From: Candidatus Latescibacterota bacterium
GTDB taxonomy: Bacteria > Latescibacterota > UBA2968 > UBA8231
Direction of reading: 5' to 3'
Length of the DNA: 64,000 bases
NCBI GenBank assembly: GCA_965223905.1
Contig: CBDCXV010000010.1
Span: 1,280,001 to 1,344,000 of the forward strand
Made by a program: the position numbers and the translations under genes. The notes below the pieces were generated by a model, which was not told the DNA's origin, did not search any database, and saw nothing but the letters and a program-made list of their open reading frames with translations. The stretch's first letter is position 1, and each line of letters begins with the position of its first letter. Below are positions 1 through 10,418 of this stretch, in pieces.

Positions 1-128
1 CCTCCGGGCGGCGGCGTTCCACGGGTCTTTCAGGAATGAGCGTAAGCCGACCTTGCAGCCTTCGGGGATGGCGCCAGGACTGGAACGACACGGGGGTGAG
101 CGTTTGCCGCGCCGTTTCCGCGGTTTCG

Positions 129-1139
129 TCAGGGGCGGAAGAGGTTGACGCTGAAGCGGCGCCCGGGGTCGAACCACTGGTGTTCGAGGGTCATCCCCGC
201 GGCCGCGGCGAGGGCCTCGATCTCCGCCGCGGAGTACTTGTAGGAGTTCTCGGTGTGGATGGTCTCGCCGTCGGTGAATCCGATCGCGAGCCCCAGCCCC
301 TCTATGGCGACCGTCTGGGCGCCGGTGCTCTCGAGGTGCATCTCGACGCGCCCGAGCTGCTCGTCCCAGACAGCGCGGTGGCGGAACCGCTCGAGGTCGA
401 AGCGTCCCCCGAGGTCGCGGTTGATGCGCGCCAGGATGTTCTTGTTGAAGCGGGCGGTCACTCCCTCGCTGTCGTCGTAGGCGCGCTCGAGCACGGCCGC
501 CTCCTTGCGCAGGTCGATCCCGGCGAGAAAGCGGTCGTCCGGGGACATGGCGGCGCGCACCCCGGCGATGAAGTCGGCGGCTTCGGCCCGCTCGAAGTTG
601 CCGACGTTCGACCCCAGCCACAGGATCAGCCGCCGGCCCCCGGGGTTCTGCCGGAGGTATTCGAGGCCGTCTCCGTACTCCCCGGCCACGGCGAGGATCT
701 CGAGGTCCTCGAACTCCTCGGTCAGCGCCGCGGAGCTTTCTTCCAGGGCTGACCGCGAGATGTCGACGGGAATGAACCGCAGGCCGCCCTGGCGCTCGAT
801 CAGGGCCTCGATCAGCAGCCGCGTCTTGACCGCGGAGCCGCTGCCGAGCTCGACGAGGGTGACCTCGCCGGCAAACAGGGCGGCGATCTCGGGGGCGCGG
901 CGCTCGAGGATGGCGTGCTCGGCCCGGGTCAGGTAGTACTCGGGGAGGCCGCAGATCTCCTCGAACAACTTCGAACCGGCCTCGTCGTAGAAGTAGCGGC
1001 AGGACAGCCGTTTCGGTGAGCCGGTCAGGCCGGCCCTGACGTCGCCGGCGAAGTCCGCGGTATGGACGCGGCCGGCCGCGGCCAGGAGAGTGATCGCGCC
1101 GGCGGCGGCGGGCGCGGGCTGGACGGCGAATCGGGTGAT
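129..1139 (-). CDS. egtD: L-histidine N-alpha-methyltransferase (EgtD family)
   Basis: Motifs PKRLSCRYFYDEAGSKLFEEIC.LPEYY, ELGSGSAVKT, AYDDSEGVTARFN, IHTENSYKY. The frame is open to 1142; likely start is ATC at 1139 behind GGGAG (the ORF track starts at TTG 968). Confidence 0.9.
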   Translation of the reverse strand: MTRFAVQPAPAAAGAITLLAAAGRVHTADFAGDVRAGLTGSPKRLSCRYFYDEAGSKLFEEICGLPEYYLTRAEHAILERRAPEIAALFAGEVTLVELGSGSAVKTRLLIEALIERQGGLRFIPVDISRSALEESSAALTEEFEDLEILAVAGEYGDGLEYLRQNPGGRRLILWLGSNVGNFERAEAADFIAGVRAAMSPDDRFLAGIDLRKEAAVLERAYDDSEGVTARFNKNILARINRDLGGRFDLERFRHRAVWDEQLGRVEMHLESTGAQTVAIEGLGLAIGFTDGETIHTENSYKYSAAEIEALAAAAGMTLEHQWFDPGRRFSVNLFRP

Positions 1140-1150
1140 GGCTCAGGCTC

Positions 1151-1345
1151 CCGGGCTATTCCACCGGCTCGAGGCGGGCGCATCCGCGGCAGGCTTCCGC
1201 CCATCTGTTGCTGGGACAGGACACGGGGTGATCGCTCCGGGCTATTCCACCGGCTCGAGGCGGGCGCATCCGCGGCAGGCTTCCGCCCATCTGTTGCTGG
1301 GACAGGACACGGGGTGATCGCTCCGGGCTATTCCACCGGCTCGAG
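1151..1345. repeat. 86-bp tandem repeat, about 2.3 copies
   Basis: ccgggctattccaccggctcgag recurs at 1151, 1237 and 1323; the unit includes the LEPVE-stop end of the ABC gene. Confidence 0.95.
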
Positions 1346-2845
1346 ACGCAGGCCCTTCGGCACCAGGACTCGCTCCGAAAGCTCGAACAGCCCCTGCACC
1401 GCCAGGGCGAGGAGCGCCGCGGGAATCGCCCCCTCCATGATCAGCCGGTTGTCGGCGAGCCGCAGGCCGGTCATGATCGGCTGTCCGTAGCCGCCGGCGC
1501 CGATGAAGGCGCCGATGGTGGCGAAGCCGACGTTGATGACCGCCGAGGTCTTGATGCCGGCCAGGATCGCGCGTGAAGCGAGGGGGAGCTCGATGCGCCG
1601 CAGCCGCACCCACGGAGGCAGGCCGAGGGCCGCGGCCGACTCCCGCAGGGGACCCGGTATGTCGCGGAGGCCGGTGCAGGTGTTGCGCACGATCGGCAGC
1701 AGGCTGTAGAGGAAGAGGGCGGCGATGGCCGGCGGTTCGCCGATGCCGAACGGCTGGATCATGAACACCAGCAGGGCGAGGGCCGGCAGCGTCTGTATGA
1801 CCCCGGTCATCCCGAGGATGACCTGTCCGAGCCGCGCCCACTTGGCGGCGAGGATCCCCAGGGGCAGGGAGACGGCGATGGCCGCGGCCAGCGAGATCCC
1901 GGTCAGGGCGAGGTGCTCCCGGGTGCGCCGCAGCAGGCGGTCCCACAGGGTCGTCTCGACGACCGTGCTTTCGATCTTCAGGGCCCCGGCGAGGAAATCC
2001 GCGGCGACCTTCTCCTCGGGCACGAGCTCGAGCTTGGCGCGGCCGTTGAGCCCCGACATCGTCCTGTCGTCGATGAGCCCCTCGAGCCGGAGGATCGAGC
2101 GCACCGCCTCCGGGGCCCTGCCGGCGAGGTCGGAGCGGTAAAGGACGACGGCGTTGTAGGCCGGGAAGTGGCGGAGGTCGTCGGCCAGCGTTCTCAGGTT
2201 GTAGAACTCGATCTCGGCATCGGTCGAATACATGTCGGTGACGTCGATGTCCCCGGACTCGAGCCCGCGATAGGCGAGGTCGTGCTGCAGTCCCTGGACG
2301 TTTCGATGCCGCAGGCCGTAGCGGTCGCGCAGGCTGGGCCAGCCGTCGCCGCGGTCGAGGAACTCGTTGCTGAAGCCGAAGCGGAGGCCGGGCTGCTTCT
2401 TCAGGTCGGATATGGTCCGCATCCCCAGGCTGTCGGCGAGCGCCTCCGGCATCCCCATCGCGTAGGTGTTGTTGAAGCCGATGGGGCGGCTCATCGCCAG
2501 GCCGTGCTCTTCGAGGGCGGCGCGTATCGCCTCCAAGCCGTGGACGCCGCCGCCCGCCAGGATCTCCTCGCTGATCGTGCCCGTGTACTCGGGGTAGGCG
2601 TCGAGGTCGCCGCGCAGCAGGGCCTCCCACAGGACCCGGGTGCCCCCCAGCTCGCTCTGGTGGGTGACCTCGGCCCCGGAGGCCGCGGCGAGCTGCGCCA
2701 CCATCTCGCCGAGAAGGACGTTCTCCGTGAACGACTTGGAGCCGACGCGGATCTGCGGAGCGTCGGTTCCGGCCCCAGCCCCGGCCGGGCATGCAAGAAG
2801 AAGGGCGGCTGCCGCGGCCGCGGCGCCGGTGCGGAGCGGGTTCAC
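1328..2845 (-). CDS. ABC transporter, fused substrate-binding protein + permease (OsmF/OpuBC/ProX family)
   Basis: Signal peptide, VGSKSFTE, YPEYTGT, NTYA, then TM permease with EAA loop (ESAAALG) and IGAGGYG. Confidence 0.9.
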   Translation of the reverse strand: MNPLRTGAAAAAAALLLACPAGAGAGTDAPQIRVGSKSFTENVLLGEMVAQLAAASGAEVTHQSELGGTRVLWEALLRGDLDAYPEYTGTISEEILAGGGVHGLEAIRAALEEHGLAMSRPIGFNNTYAMGMPEALADSLGMRTISDLKKQPGLRFGFSNEFLDRGDGWPSLRDRYGLRHRNVQGLQHDLAYRGLESGDIDVTDMYSTDAEIEFYNLRTLADDLRHFPAYNAVVLYRSDLAGRAPEAVRSILRLEGLIDDRTMSGLNGRAKLELVPEEKVAADFLAGALKIESTVVETTLWDRLLRRTREHLALTGISLAAAIAVSLPLGILAAKWARLGQVILGMTGVIQTLPALALLVFMIQPFGIGEPPAIAALFLYSLLPIVRNTCTGLRDIPGPLRESAAALGLPPWVRLRRIELPLASRAILAGIKTSAVINVGFATIGAFIGAGGYGQPIMTGLRLADNRLIMEGAIPAALLALAVQGLFELSERVLVPKGLRLEPVE

Positions 2846-3591
2846 GTATCCGCTCCGAGGACCTGCAGCGGCGTCCGCTGCGCGTTGATGAACCGGGACA
2901 CGAACGGATCCGCCGGCGAGTCGACCAGCTCCTGCAACGTCCCCTGCTGCACGATCTCCCCTTCCCGCAGGAGCACGAGGCGGTCGCCGAAGAAGCCGGC
3001 CTCGCCGATGTCGTGGGTGACGGCGACCACGGTTTTCCGCAGGGCCCTGAAGATGTCGCGCAGGTCCCCCTGCAGCTCGGAGCGCACGATCGGGTCGAGG
3101 GCGCCCAGCGGCTCGTCGAGGAGCAGCACCTCGGGATCGAGCATCAGCGCCCGCATCAGGCTGACGCGCTGTTTCTGGCCGCCGGAAAGCTGCGCCGGGA
3201 AGCGGTCGAGCCCGTCGAAGGGGAAGCGGGTCAGCTCCGCCAGCTCGCGCAGGCGGGCCTCGACGCGGTCTTCGTCCCAGCCGAGATGGCGCGCCAGCAG
3301 GGCGGCGTTGTCGCGCGCGCTCAGGTGCGGAAACAGGCCCCCGTCCTGGATCACGTACCCCATGCGGCGCCGCAGGTCGAGCACGTCGCCCCCGTCGAAA
3401 CCCCTGCCGTCGAAGGAGACGGTCCCGGTGTCGGGCCGGATCAGGCAGATCATCAGGCGCAGCAGGGTCGACTTGCCACAGCCGCTCGGACCGATCAGCA
3501 CCGTGGTGACGCCGGCCTGGATGGTCAGGTCGGTGGGGCGCAGGGCAACGGTGTGGCCGAACGATTTCGAGACGCCGGTCAGTTGCAGCAT
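2842..3591 (-). CDS. ABC transporter ATP-binding subunit (OpuA/ProV-like)
   Basis: Walker A GPSGCGKS, signature LSGGQ, Walker B LLLDEP, VTHD; overlaps the permease start. Confidence 0.93.
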   Translation of the reverse strand: MLQLTGVSKSFGHTVALRPTDLTIQAGVTTVLIGPSGCGKSTLLRLMICLIRPDTGTVSFDGRGFDGGDVLDLRRRMGYVIQDGGLFPHLSARDNAALLARHLGWDEDRVEARLRELAELTRFPFDGLDRFPAQLSGGQKQRVSLMRALMLDPEVLLLDEPLGALDPIVRSELQGDLRDIFRALRKTVVAVTHDIGEAGFFGDRLVLLREGEIVQQGTLQELVDSPADPFVSRFINAQRTPLQVLGADT

Positions 3592-3920
3592 GCTATTCTG
3601 TCAGGATTCAATGGGTATTCCGGTGACGCAGGGCTCCGCTCCTGCCGTCGAACATCCCGTTTTCGTCGGAGGTTTGGATTTTGTTTCGGGAAATGGACAC
3701 GTCTGGAAAAGCCGGGTGGGGATGGCGTGTACTGGATGGGGAGTCTCTCGACGCGGGGCGCCAAGAATAGCCACGGCCCCCGCGGCCGGCAACCTGGGGT
3801 GAATACTGCGGGAGTTCCGCAGCCTGGCGCCGAAAAAGCCGGGTGCGGCGCATGACCGCGGCCGGGGCAATGCCGGATGCGTGAGAGACACCTGCCGGGG
3901 TCGCCGCTGTCCCGCAACCG

Positions 3921-4694
3921 TCAGAGCAGCCGGCGCAACCGGAGCATGCGCAGCACCCAGAAGGCCCCCAGGGCCCCGAGCAGGTGCTTCAGGGAATGGC
4001 CGCTGACGAAGCCCACCGCCTCGTATACCGCCAGGTCCAACAGCTCCGCGGCTTTCGCCAGCAGGTAGAACAGGGCGACGACGTAGAGATCGGACCCGCG
4101 CGTGTACGGCGACGGCAGCAGGCGGACCATGAGGGGGACGAACACAATCGGGTAGCCCTGGGCGACGATGTAGTAGCGCAGGTCTCCGGCTCCGGCGCGC
4201 TCGGTGAAGTGCCAGTAGAGGACGCTGAAGATGCCGAAGGCGATCAGCGGCAGCAGGGCGACGGTGCCGGCGCGCCGGGCGAGGCGCTCGGACAGGACCG
4301 CGGAGAGGAAGGCCATGAAGGCGATGCTCATCGGCAGGCGGTCCCACAGCAGGGTATCGTTGCCGGGATCGAGGTGATACCAGGCCGAGCCGACGCCGAC
4401 GAGAGCCACCGAGAGGAAGAGGGCATGGTAGGCCAGCGAGTCGGCCGGGTGCTGGAAAGCCTGCTGCCCCGGGTCCGCGGCGAGGCGGAAAACCGCACCG
4501 AACCCCCACAGACCCACCAGCAGGAAGGGGAGGTTGGAGATCACGTTGAGGCAATGCGGGATGCCGAGCAGGGGGCGCTGATCGGCGAACTGGTGGTAGG
4601 CCGGATCCTGCGGAATCGGCGCCTGCAGGAAAACGGCCGCCCAGAAGGCGACCGTCAGGCAGGCGAGCAGCCGCAGGCGGTGGTCGCGCTTCAT
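3921..4694 (-). CDS. Alkaline ceramidase-like (CREST) membrane protein
   Basis: YHQFAD, NVISNLPF, GSAWYH, WDRLPM, GHSLKH; multiple TM helices. Confidence 0.8.
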   Translation of the reverse strand: MKRDHRLRLLACLTVAFWAAVFLQAPIPQDPAYHQFADQRPLLGIPHCLNVISNLPFLLVGLWGFGAVFRLAADPGQQAFQHPADSLAYHALFLSVALVGVGSAWYHLDPGNDTLLWDRLPMSIAFMAFLSAVLSERLARRAGTVALLPLIAFGIFSVLYWHFTERAGAGDLRYYIVAQGYPIVFVPLMVRLLPSPYTRGSDLYVVALFYLLAKAAELLDLAVYEAVGFVSGHSLKHLLGALGAFWVLRMLRLRRLL

Positions 4695-4706
4695 CTGCCG
4701 GCGCGG

Positions 4707-5135
4707 TCAGCCGGAGGAGGACTCGGAGGCGCCGGTGTGTCGCTCGCCGTAGGGAACCTCGCAGGTCTCGTCGGCGCACTCGACCCTGCCGAACCGGTGG
4801 CGGTTGCGGGCGACGAGGCCGTAGCCGGCGCGGAACAGCTGCCTGATAACCGGAAGGCGGTAGACCCAGGCGAGCAGGTGCCAGGGAGGGAGCCGGCGGT
4901 AGATCTCGTAGACCGCGTCGGCCCCGACGTCGACCCGGCCGCCGTCGTGAATCAGGCGCAGTCCGGTGTTGAAGTCGGAACTCGTGAGGACGGGAAACCG
5001 CTCCTCGATGCCGGCGGTCTGGCGCGGCAGGTACTCGAAGCGGCCGTTGCGGTCGAAGCGGCGGATGCGGCCGAGGCTCCAGAGGCAGAACCGGCATTCG
5101 CCGTCGTACACGATTGCGGGACGGGGTTCGCTCAT
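4707..5135 (-). CDS. DCC1-like thiol-disulfide oxidoreductase (DUF393)
   Basis: N-terminal YDGECRFC (DxxCxxC) and YxLVARNRHR. Confidence 0.88.
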   Translation of the reverse strand: MSEPRPAIVYDGECRFCLWSLGRIRRFDRNGRFEYLPRQTAGIEERFPVLTSSDFNTGLRLIHDGGRVDVGADAVYEIYRRLPPWHLLAWVYRLPVIRQLFRAGYGLVARNRHRFGRVECADETCEVPYGERHTGASESSSG

Positions 5136-5377
5136 GCCTTCAAGATAGCGAGGGGAAAAGCCAGCGCAAACGGCACGGCGGGTTGTCTTCCCAGTCCGGA
5201 GAATCGCTCCATATCACACTGCCGCAATGGGTTGAGCTGTTTCCCGAATCCAATTTCCGGAGCTGCATAAATACGACAGCCGGGCTGGCGTCTGCATCTT
5301 GTGATAGAGCCAGTACCAGCCCGCCGCCGGATCGCGCATGACGCTGAACCTATCGCCGCTCGCCCGCCAAGGGCCCC

Positions 5378-6835
5378 TCAGCCTTTAGGCGCCGTGAACT
5401 GCAGGCTGTACAGGTCGGCGTCGCTGAGTGCGAAGCGCAGGCGCACTGGTTTGCCGGCCAGGCCGCTGACGTCGGCGGCGCCCTTCCAGGTGACCGTGCG
5501 CTCCAGGTAGTCGCCGTAGATCTCGTCGCAGTCGTCCAGGGTGTGCCCCTTCAGCGCCTTGCCGTCGCCGTCCTGGATCTCGACGCGCACCGAGCCGGCC
5601 GCGGAGGTGCCCGTGTTCAAGCTCAGGGCGCCGCCCGCGAAGGTGAAGGGCCGGGTGATCAGCTCGCCCCCCTTCAGCGGCGCGTTGGCGGAGACGAAGC
5701 CGTCCAGGCGCAGCGTGAAGCGCCGCAGCCGGCAGGCCTCGCCGCGGTAGTAGCCCTCGGTGGTGAAGATCGACAGCTCCTTCGGCGCCGTCGGCAGGTC
5801 GTTGGCCGTCTCCAGGATGCCCCAGGCCGTCATGTTGTTGCGGTTCTCCCAGCGCTCCGGCTGCAGCCCGGGCCGCAGCAGGGCCTCGCTCCAGCGCTTG
5901 AAGTGCAGGCCGTCGCGGCTGGTCATGTACACCGCGTCCGACACGCCGCGGGCCGTATTGCCCCGCATGCTGCGATCCGGCACGAAGCGCTTGGGGAAGC
6001 CCATGTAGATATGCGGGGCCCGGTGGTAGGGCGTCACCGCGTTCGTGTAGAGGTGCTCGACAGGCGCGTCGCCGAAGTCGAGCCACCGCGGCTTCGTCCA
6101 CCGGCGGAAGTCCTTCGAGGTGCAGGTCATGATGCTGCGCACGCGCACCCCGCCGGGGTGGATGGAGTCGCGGTGGTAGTCGACGTAGCAGCCGCGCAGC
6201 GGGTCGTAGAAGGCGAGGTTCAGCGAGTCGAAAGCGCCCGCGGTGATCACCGGCTTCTCCGACAGCAGGCTCCAATGCACGCCGTCCGGCGACTTGAAGG
6301 CGTAGAGGGCCTGCTCGTCGGCCGTGCGCGCGAGGGCGCTGCCCAGGGCCTTGTACTCCTCGCCTTCCCGGCAGTCCGGGTTGCGGTCGCGGAAAGGCGC
6401 GAAGTTGTGCGCGCCTATGCCGTCCCAGACGATGTTGTTGCGCGTCGAGCCCTGGTAGTTGACCAGGCCCAGCTCCGGGCGGTGCCACTCGATGCCGTCG
6501 CGGCTTTCGGCGTAGCACACGACCGGCCGGTAGTGGTTGCCTGACGGGTCGTAGTGGGAACCGCGGTAGTAGGCGCGGAACAGCTTGCCGTCCCGGAACA
6601 CCGTGTGGTAGGCGCTGGTGTTGCCCTCCCACGGCACGTGGTGGTCGATCGCCACGTTGCGCGGCACCGGCTTGTTCAGGCGCAGCTCGACGCCGGACAG
6701 CCGCTCGATCAGGTAGTCGTCGACGAACAGCTCGCGCCGGTCGCCCAGCTCGATGACCCCCGCCAGGGCGGCCCCCGCCTGGGCTCTGCCGGCCGTCCTC
6801 TTCGTCGCGGCTTTCGCTGTCTTCCTCCTGGCCAT
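5378..6835 (-). CDS. Beta-propeller glycoside-hydrolase-like protein
   Basis: RELFVDD start, repeated SxDG motifs (ESRDG, SPDG, SRDG), LRLDGFVS, C-terminal beta-sandwich ending DLYSLQF. Confidence 0.7.
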   Translation of the reverse strand: MARRKTAKAATKRTAGRAQAGAALAGVIELGDRRELFVDDYLIERLSGVELRLNKPVPRNVAIDHHVPWEGNTSAYHTVFRDGKLFRAYYRGSHYDPSGNHYRPVVCYAESRDGIEWHRPELGLVNYQGSTRNNIVWDGIGAHNFAPFRDRNPDCREGEEYKALGSALARTADEQALYAFKSPDGVHWSLLSEKPVITAGAFDSLNLAFYDPLRGCYVDYHRDSIHPGGVRVRSIMTCTSKDFRRWTKPRWLDFGDAPVEHLYTNAVTPYHRAPHIYMGFPKRFVPDRSMRGNTARGVSDAVYMTSRDGLHFKRWSEALLRPGLQPERWENRNNMTAWGILETANDLPTAPKELSIFTTEGYYRGEACRLRRFTLRLDGFVSANAPLKGGELITRPFTFAGGALSLNTGTSAAGSVRVEIQDGDGKALKGHTLDDCDEIYGDYLERTVTWKGAADVSGLAGKPVRLRFALSDADLYSLQFTAPKG

Positions 6836-7059
6836 CTAAGGCTTCCCTTTCTGTATTGCGCGTCACCCCGCCGACCCGCTGCGCCGACGGTAGATCTTAT
6901 AAGCTGCGTCGGTTTGGATGTCGACTCTCTCGCCAGCGTGGGTCGGACCCAGTAAGGTCTATGAAAGTAGCCTACCTGCAACAATGAAGCCTGGACGCCG
7001 TCACGACCTGGGCCGGCAGGATGCCCCGAACGAGTTCGGCAAGGCCCTGGTCGACGCGG

Positions 7060-7598
7060 TCACGGCAGAGCCCGATCCCGCTTCCGGTACCTCTTCGGGC
7101 GGTTCGGCTTCGGCTCCAGCGCCTCGATGCGATCAGCGAGATCGCGAACCGTCCAGACCCGATATCGGCCACCCCCGCCTTGATCGCCGGCGTCGTCTCG
7201 ATGGTCTGGTGAACGCGGCAGAAGTTGTAGTGCATGAAGTGGAGGGCCACGGCGAGCGCGTGGTTTCGGAACCGCTTCGAGAAAGCGTTTGTGCGCCGCG
7301 TGAAGCGCCGCATCCCCATCCGCATGGTCAGATTGTTCCGCTCGGCGAACGACCAGACCTCGTCGACTTCGACGCAGCGGAGCCGCAGGTCTCGCAAGGT
7401 GATGTCCTGGAAGTCTTCCGCCATTTCCCCGGCGAGGACCTGCAGTCGCGCCACCGTGTTGGCGGACACGTCGGTGACGCGCGACGTGGCCCGGAGGGAC
7501 ATCCCGTCGATCAGGCACTTCAGGATCAGTTCGCGTTGGTTTTGAGTGAGGCGATACATGGATCGCCCGATGCCGCTTTTTCAGACTGAGGCACTACC
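7060..7598 (-). mobile_element. IS1-family transposase remnant (internal deletion plus frameshift) with one terminal IR
   Basis: HTH N-terminus; VDEVWSF joined directly to ERNNLTMRMGMRRFTRRTNAFSK and YNFCRVH; C-terminus in another frame; end sequence ttcagactgaggcactacc at 7580-7598. Confidence 0.8.
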
Positions 7599-7638
7599 GA
7601 GCATTGATTGTGCAACAGCCACAGGAGGAGATTGGCGA

Positions 7639-8529
7639 ATGACAGATCGGGAAATCAGGACTGCTTTTGAGCGGGACGGTTATGTGGTGGTCGAAGACCT
7701 TATCGATGCCCGGGATCTGGAGCCGATCCGCGAATTCATCGAGGCAAAGGTCGATGCGTACAGCCGCGAGTTGCATAGCGAAGGGAAGATATCGTCGTGT
7801 TATGAAGACGAACCCTTTGAGCGGCGGTATGCTGCTATCTGCGAAGAATTGGATATTTTACCGCGCAGTTGGGATTTCGGGATGTTCGGACCTGAGTTTT
7901 TCGATCTCTACAACCTCCCCGGTGTTCTCGACGTGCTCCGCCTTCTCCTTGGACCCGAGGTCTCGAACGTCGGCACCCCGGCGTTGCGGACAAAGCTCCC
8001 CGGCAGCGTGGTTACTTCGTTCCCCTGGCATCAGGACAGCCAGTACATGGACCAGCTTACTATCGGCAAGAAGGAGAAGCACACGGGCGGTCTGCACATG
8101 GTTACCGTGTGGGTGCCCCTCGTCGAAGCGACAGTCGAGAACGGATGCTGCTGGGTCATTCCGGGCAGTCACCGTTGGGGTTTGCTGGAAGGTGCACGGG
8201 GTACGGATTTAAACGTCCGGATGGAGGAGGATGTCGAAGCGCGCGGCACTCCAGTACCTGTTCCTCTCAAACCTGGCGGTGCGTTGTTCCTGTCGAACCT
8301 TTGCGTACACACCAGCAAAGTGAACAAGACCGGGGAATGCCGCTGGAGCATTGACTTCCGTTACTTTCCCACGCCTGACCGGGCCGACTTGACTGCCGTG
8401 GAGCGCGAAGCCGCCGAATTCGTGAAGAACAAATCTTTGGCGGGGGGCAGGGTGCCGCTTGCCGTGCTCACTGAAGGTCGCAAGCCGACGTGGGAAGAGT
8501 GGGAAGCCCGGCATCGCAAACTGGATTGA
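7639..8529 (+). CDS. Phytanoyl-CoA dioxygenase (PhyH) family Fe/2OG oxygenase
   Basis: FERDGY, WHQD, TVWVPL, NGC, PGSH, distal H and R; SD ggaggag before ATG 7639. Confidence 0.9.
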   Translation: MTDREIRTAFERDGYVVVEDLIDARDLEPIREFIEAKVDAYSRELHSEGKISSCYEDEPFERRYAAICEELDILPRSWDFGMFGPEFFDLYNLPGVLDVLRLLLGPEVSNVGTPALRTKLPGSVVTSFPWHQDSQYMDQLTIGKKEKHTGGLHMVTVWVPLVEATVENGCCWVIPGSHRWGLLEGARGTDLNVRMEEDVEARGTPVPVPLKPGGALFLSNLCVHTSKVNKTGECRWSIDFRYFPTPDRADLTAVEREAAEFVKNKSLAGGRVPLAVLTEGRKPTWEEWEARHRKLD

Positions 8530-8542
8530 ATCCAATACTACC

Positions 8543-9277
8543 GTGACCAAAACCCTGGGCGCGATCTTGCGGCGGATCTTCGGTGCGCTGCGCGATCTGG
8601 CGCCCATCATCCTCGTCATCGCGTTCTTCCAGATCGCGGTGTTGCAGCAGCCCTTTCCGAATCTCGGGCGCGTCGCCGTTGGCCTGGTCTGCGTGATCGC
8701 CGGCCTGACGTTCTTCATCCAGGGGCTCGAAAGCGGTCTCTTTCCCCTCGGCGAGGCCATTGCCCAGGCCTTTGCGCGCAAGGGGAGCGCGACCGCGCTG
8801 TTGATTTTTGCCTTCTGCCTGGGATTCGGCACCACGGTCGCGGAGCCGGCCCTGATCGCGGTTGCCGCGGAGGCCGCGGAAGTCGCCGCGGAAGCCGGTG
8901 TCATCGCCGCCGACGATGAGGCGCGCGCCGCCTACGCCTTCGAGCTGCGCATGGTGGTGGCGGTCTCGGTAGGCGCGGCGATCGTGCTCGGCGTGCTGCG
9001 CATCCTCAAGGGCTGGCCGATCCACCGGCTGATCATCGGGGGCTATGTATTGGTGACCGCAATGACCGCGTTCGCGCCCGCGGAGATAATCGGCGTGGCC
9101 TACGATTCCGGCGGCGTCACCACCAGCACGATCACGGTGCCGCTCGTCACCGCGCTGGGTGTCGGGCTGGCGACGTCGATCCGGGGGCGCAACCCGATGG
9201 TCGACGGCTTCGGGCTCATCGCCTTTGCCAGCCTGATGCCCATGATCTTCGTGCTGGCCTATGGCATGGTGGTCTGA
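8543..9277 (+). CDS. DUF1538 membrane protein
   Basis: [34 protein letters not shown]. Confidence 0.88.
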   Translation: MTKTLGAILRRIFGALRDLAPIILVIAFFQIAVLQQPFPNLGRVAVGLVCVIAGLTFFIQGLESGLFPLGEAIAQAFARKGSATALLIFAFCLGFGTTVAEPALIAVAAEAAEVAAEAGVIAADDEARAAYAFELRMVVAVSVGAAIVLGVLRILKGWPIHRLIIGGYVLVTAMTAFAPAEIIGVAYDSGGVTTSTITVPLVTALGVGLATSIRGRNPMVDGFGLIAFASLMPMIFVLAYGMVV

Positions 9278-10064
9278 GGTGGAGTTCCTGCGCACTGTTG
9301 CCGCCACCGGGTTGTCCACCGCGCTCGATGTGGCGCCCATTATCGGCATCCTCGTTCTGTTTCAGGTAGCGGTGCTGCGCCGCAACCTGCCGCACTTGGG
9401 CCGGATCGCGGCCGGGTTCGTCTTCGTCCTGCTGGGACTCACGCTCTTCCTCATCGGCCTGGAGGAGGCCCTCTTCCCCATCGGCGAGACCATGGCGCGC
9501 CAACTCACCGCGCCCGAGACCATCGGCAAGGCGAGTCTGGCCGACGGCGTCGACTGGTACGACTACCTGCTGGTCTACGCCTTTGCCGCGGCGATCGGTT
9601 TTGCTGCGACAGTGGCCGAGCCCTCGCTCATCGCGGTGGCGCTCAAGGCCGAGCAGATCTCGGGCGGCGCCATCCACGCCTGGGGCCTCAGAATCGCCGT
9701 TGCGCTCGGGGTGGCCGCGGGGGTGGCGCTGGGCTGCTTCCGCATCGTCACCGGCACCCCCCTGCCCTGGTACATCATCGCCGCATATTTCGTGGTGATC
9801 GCCCAGACCTTCCGGTCGAGCCGGACCATTGTGCCGCTCGCCTACGACAGCGGCGGCGTCACCACCTCGACCGTCACGGTGCCGGTGGTCGCGGCGCTGG
9901 GTTTGGGGCTCGCCGCCACGGTTCCCGGGCGCAGCCCGCTGATCGACGGATTCGGCCTCATCGCCTTCGCCAGCGTCTTTCCCATCATGTCCGTGCTGGG
10001 CTATGCTATGGCCGTGTCCTGGGTGAGCCGCCGGCGGAACGCCAAACATTCCGAGGAGACTTGA
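9261..10064 (+). CDS. DUF1538 membrane protein (paralog)
   Basis: [30 protein letters not shown]; start position approximate. Confidence 0.88.
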   Translation: MAWWSEVEFLRTVAATGLSTALDVAPIIGILVLFQVAVLRRNLPHLGRIAAGFVFVLLGLTLFLIGLEEALFPIGETMARQLTAPETIGKASLADGVDWYDYLLVYAFAAAIGFAATVAEPSLIAVALKAEQISGGAIHAWGLRIAVALGVAAGVALGCFRIVTGTPLPWYIIAAYFVVIAQTFRSSRTIVPLAYDSGGVTTSTVTVPVVAALGLGLAATVPGRSPLIDGFGLIAFASVFPIMSVLGYAMAVSWVSRRRNAKHSEET

Positions 10065-10067
10065 GCC

Positions 10068-10418
10068 ATGCAACTGAAGCTGATCGTCGCCCTGGTCAGC
10101 GACGACAAGACCGATACCGTGGTCGATGCCGCGCGCGCCGGCGGCGCGACCGGCGCGACGATATTTACCGGCGTGCGCGGCGAAGGGCTGAAGCCGCAGA
10201 AGACCTTTTTCGGTCTCGACCTGGCGGCCCGGCGCGATGTCGTCCTGTTCCTGGTAGTCGAGACGCGGGCGCGCGACATCCTGGAGCGCATCCGCGATGC
10301 CGGGCGCTTCGAGCAGGAGCCCGGCGCCGGCATTGCCTTCCAGGTCCCGATCGAGGACGCCGTCGGTCTCACCACCCAACTCCCCACCATTCTCGAAGAG
10401 GTGGATGACGAAATATGA
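10068..10418 (+). CDS. P-II-family signal transduction protein
   Basis: AARAGGATGAT..RGEG, GAGIAFQVPIEDAVG; 116 aa. Confidence 0.85.
   Translation: MQLKLIVALVSDDKTDTVVDAARAGGATGATIFTGVRGEGLKPQKTFFGLDLAARRDVVLFLVVETRARDILERIRDAGRFEQEPGAGIAFQVPIEDAVGLTTQLPTILEEVDDEI

Noticed and set aside
3600-3920. Riboswitch upstream of the ABC/egtD operon
   Set aside because: GC-rich hairpins are present, but I could not recognise any aptamer consensus.
6873-6945. Imperfect hairpin between the glycosidase-like gene and the IS1 remnant
   Set aside because: Single copy with no U-tract or recognisable family.
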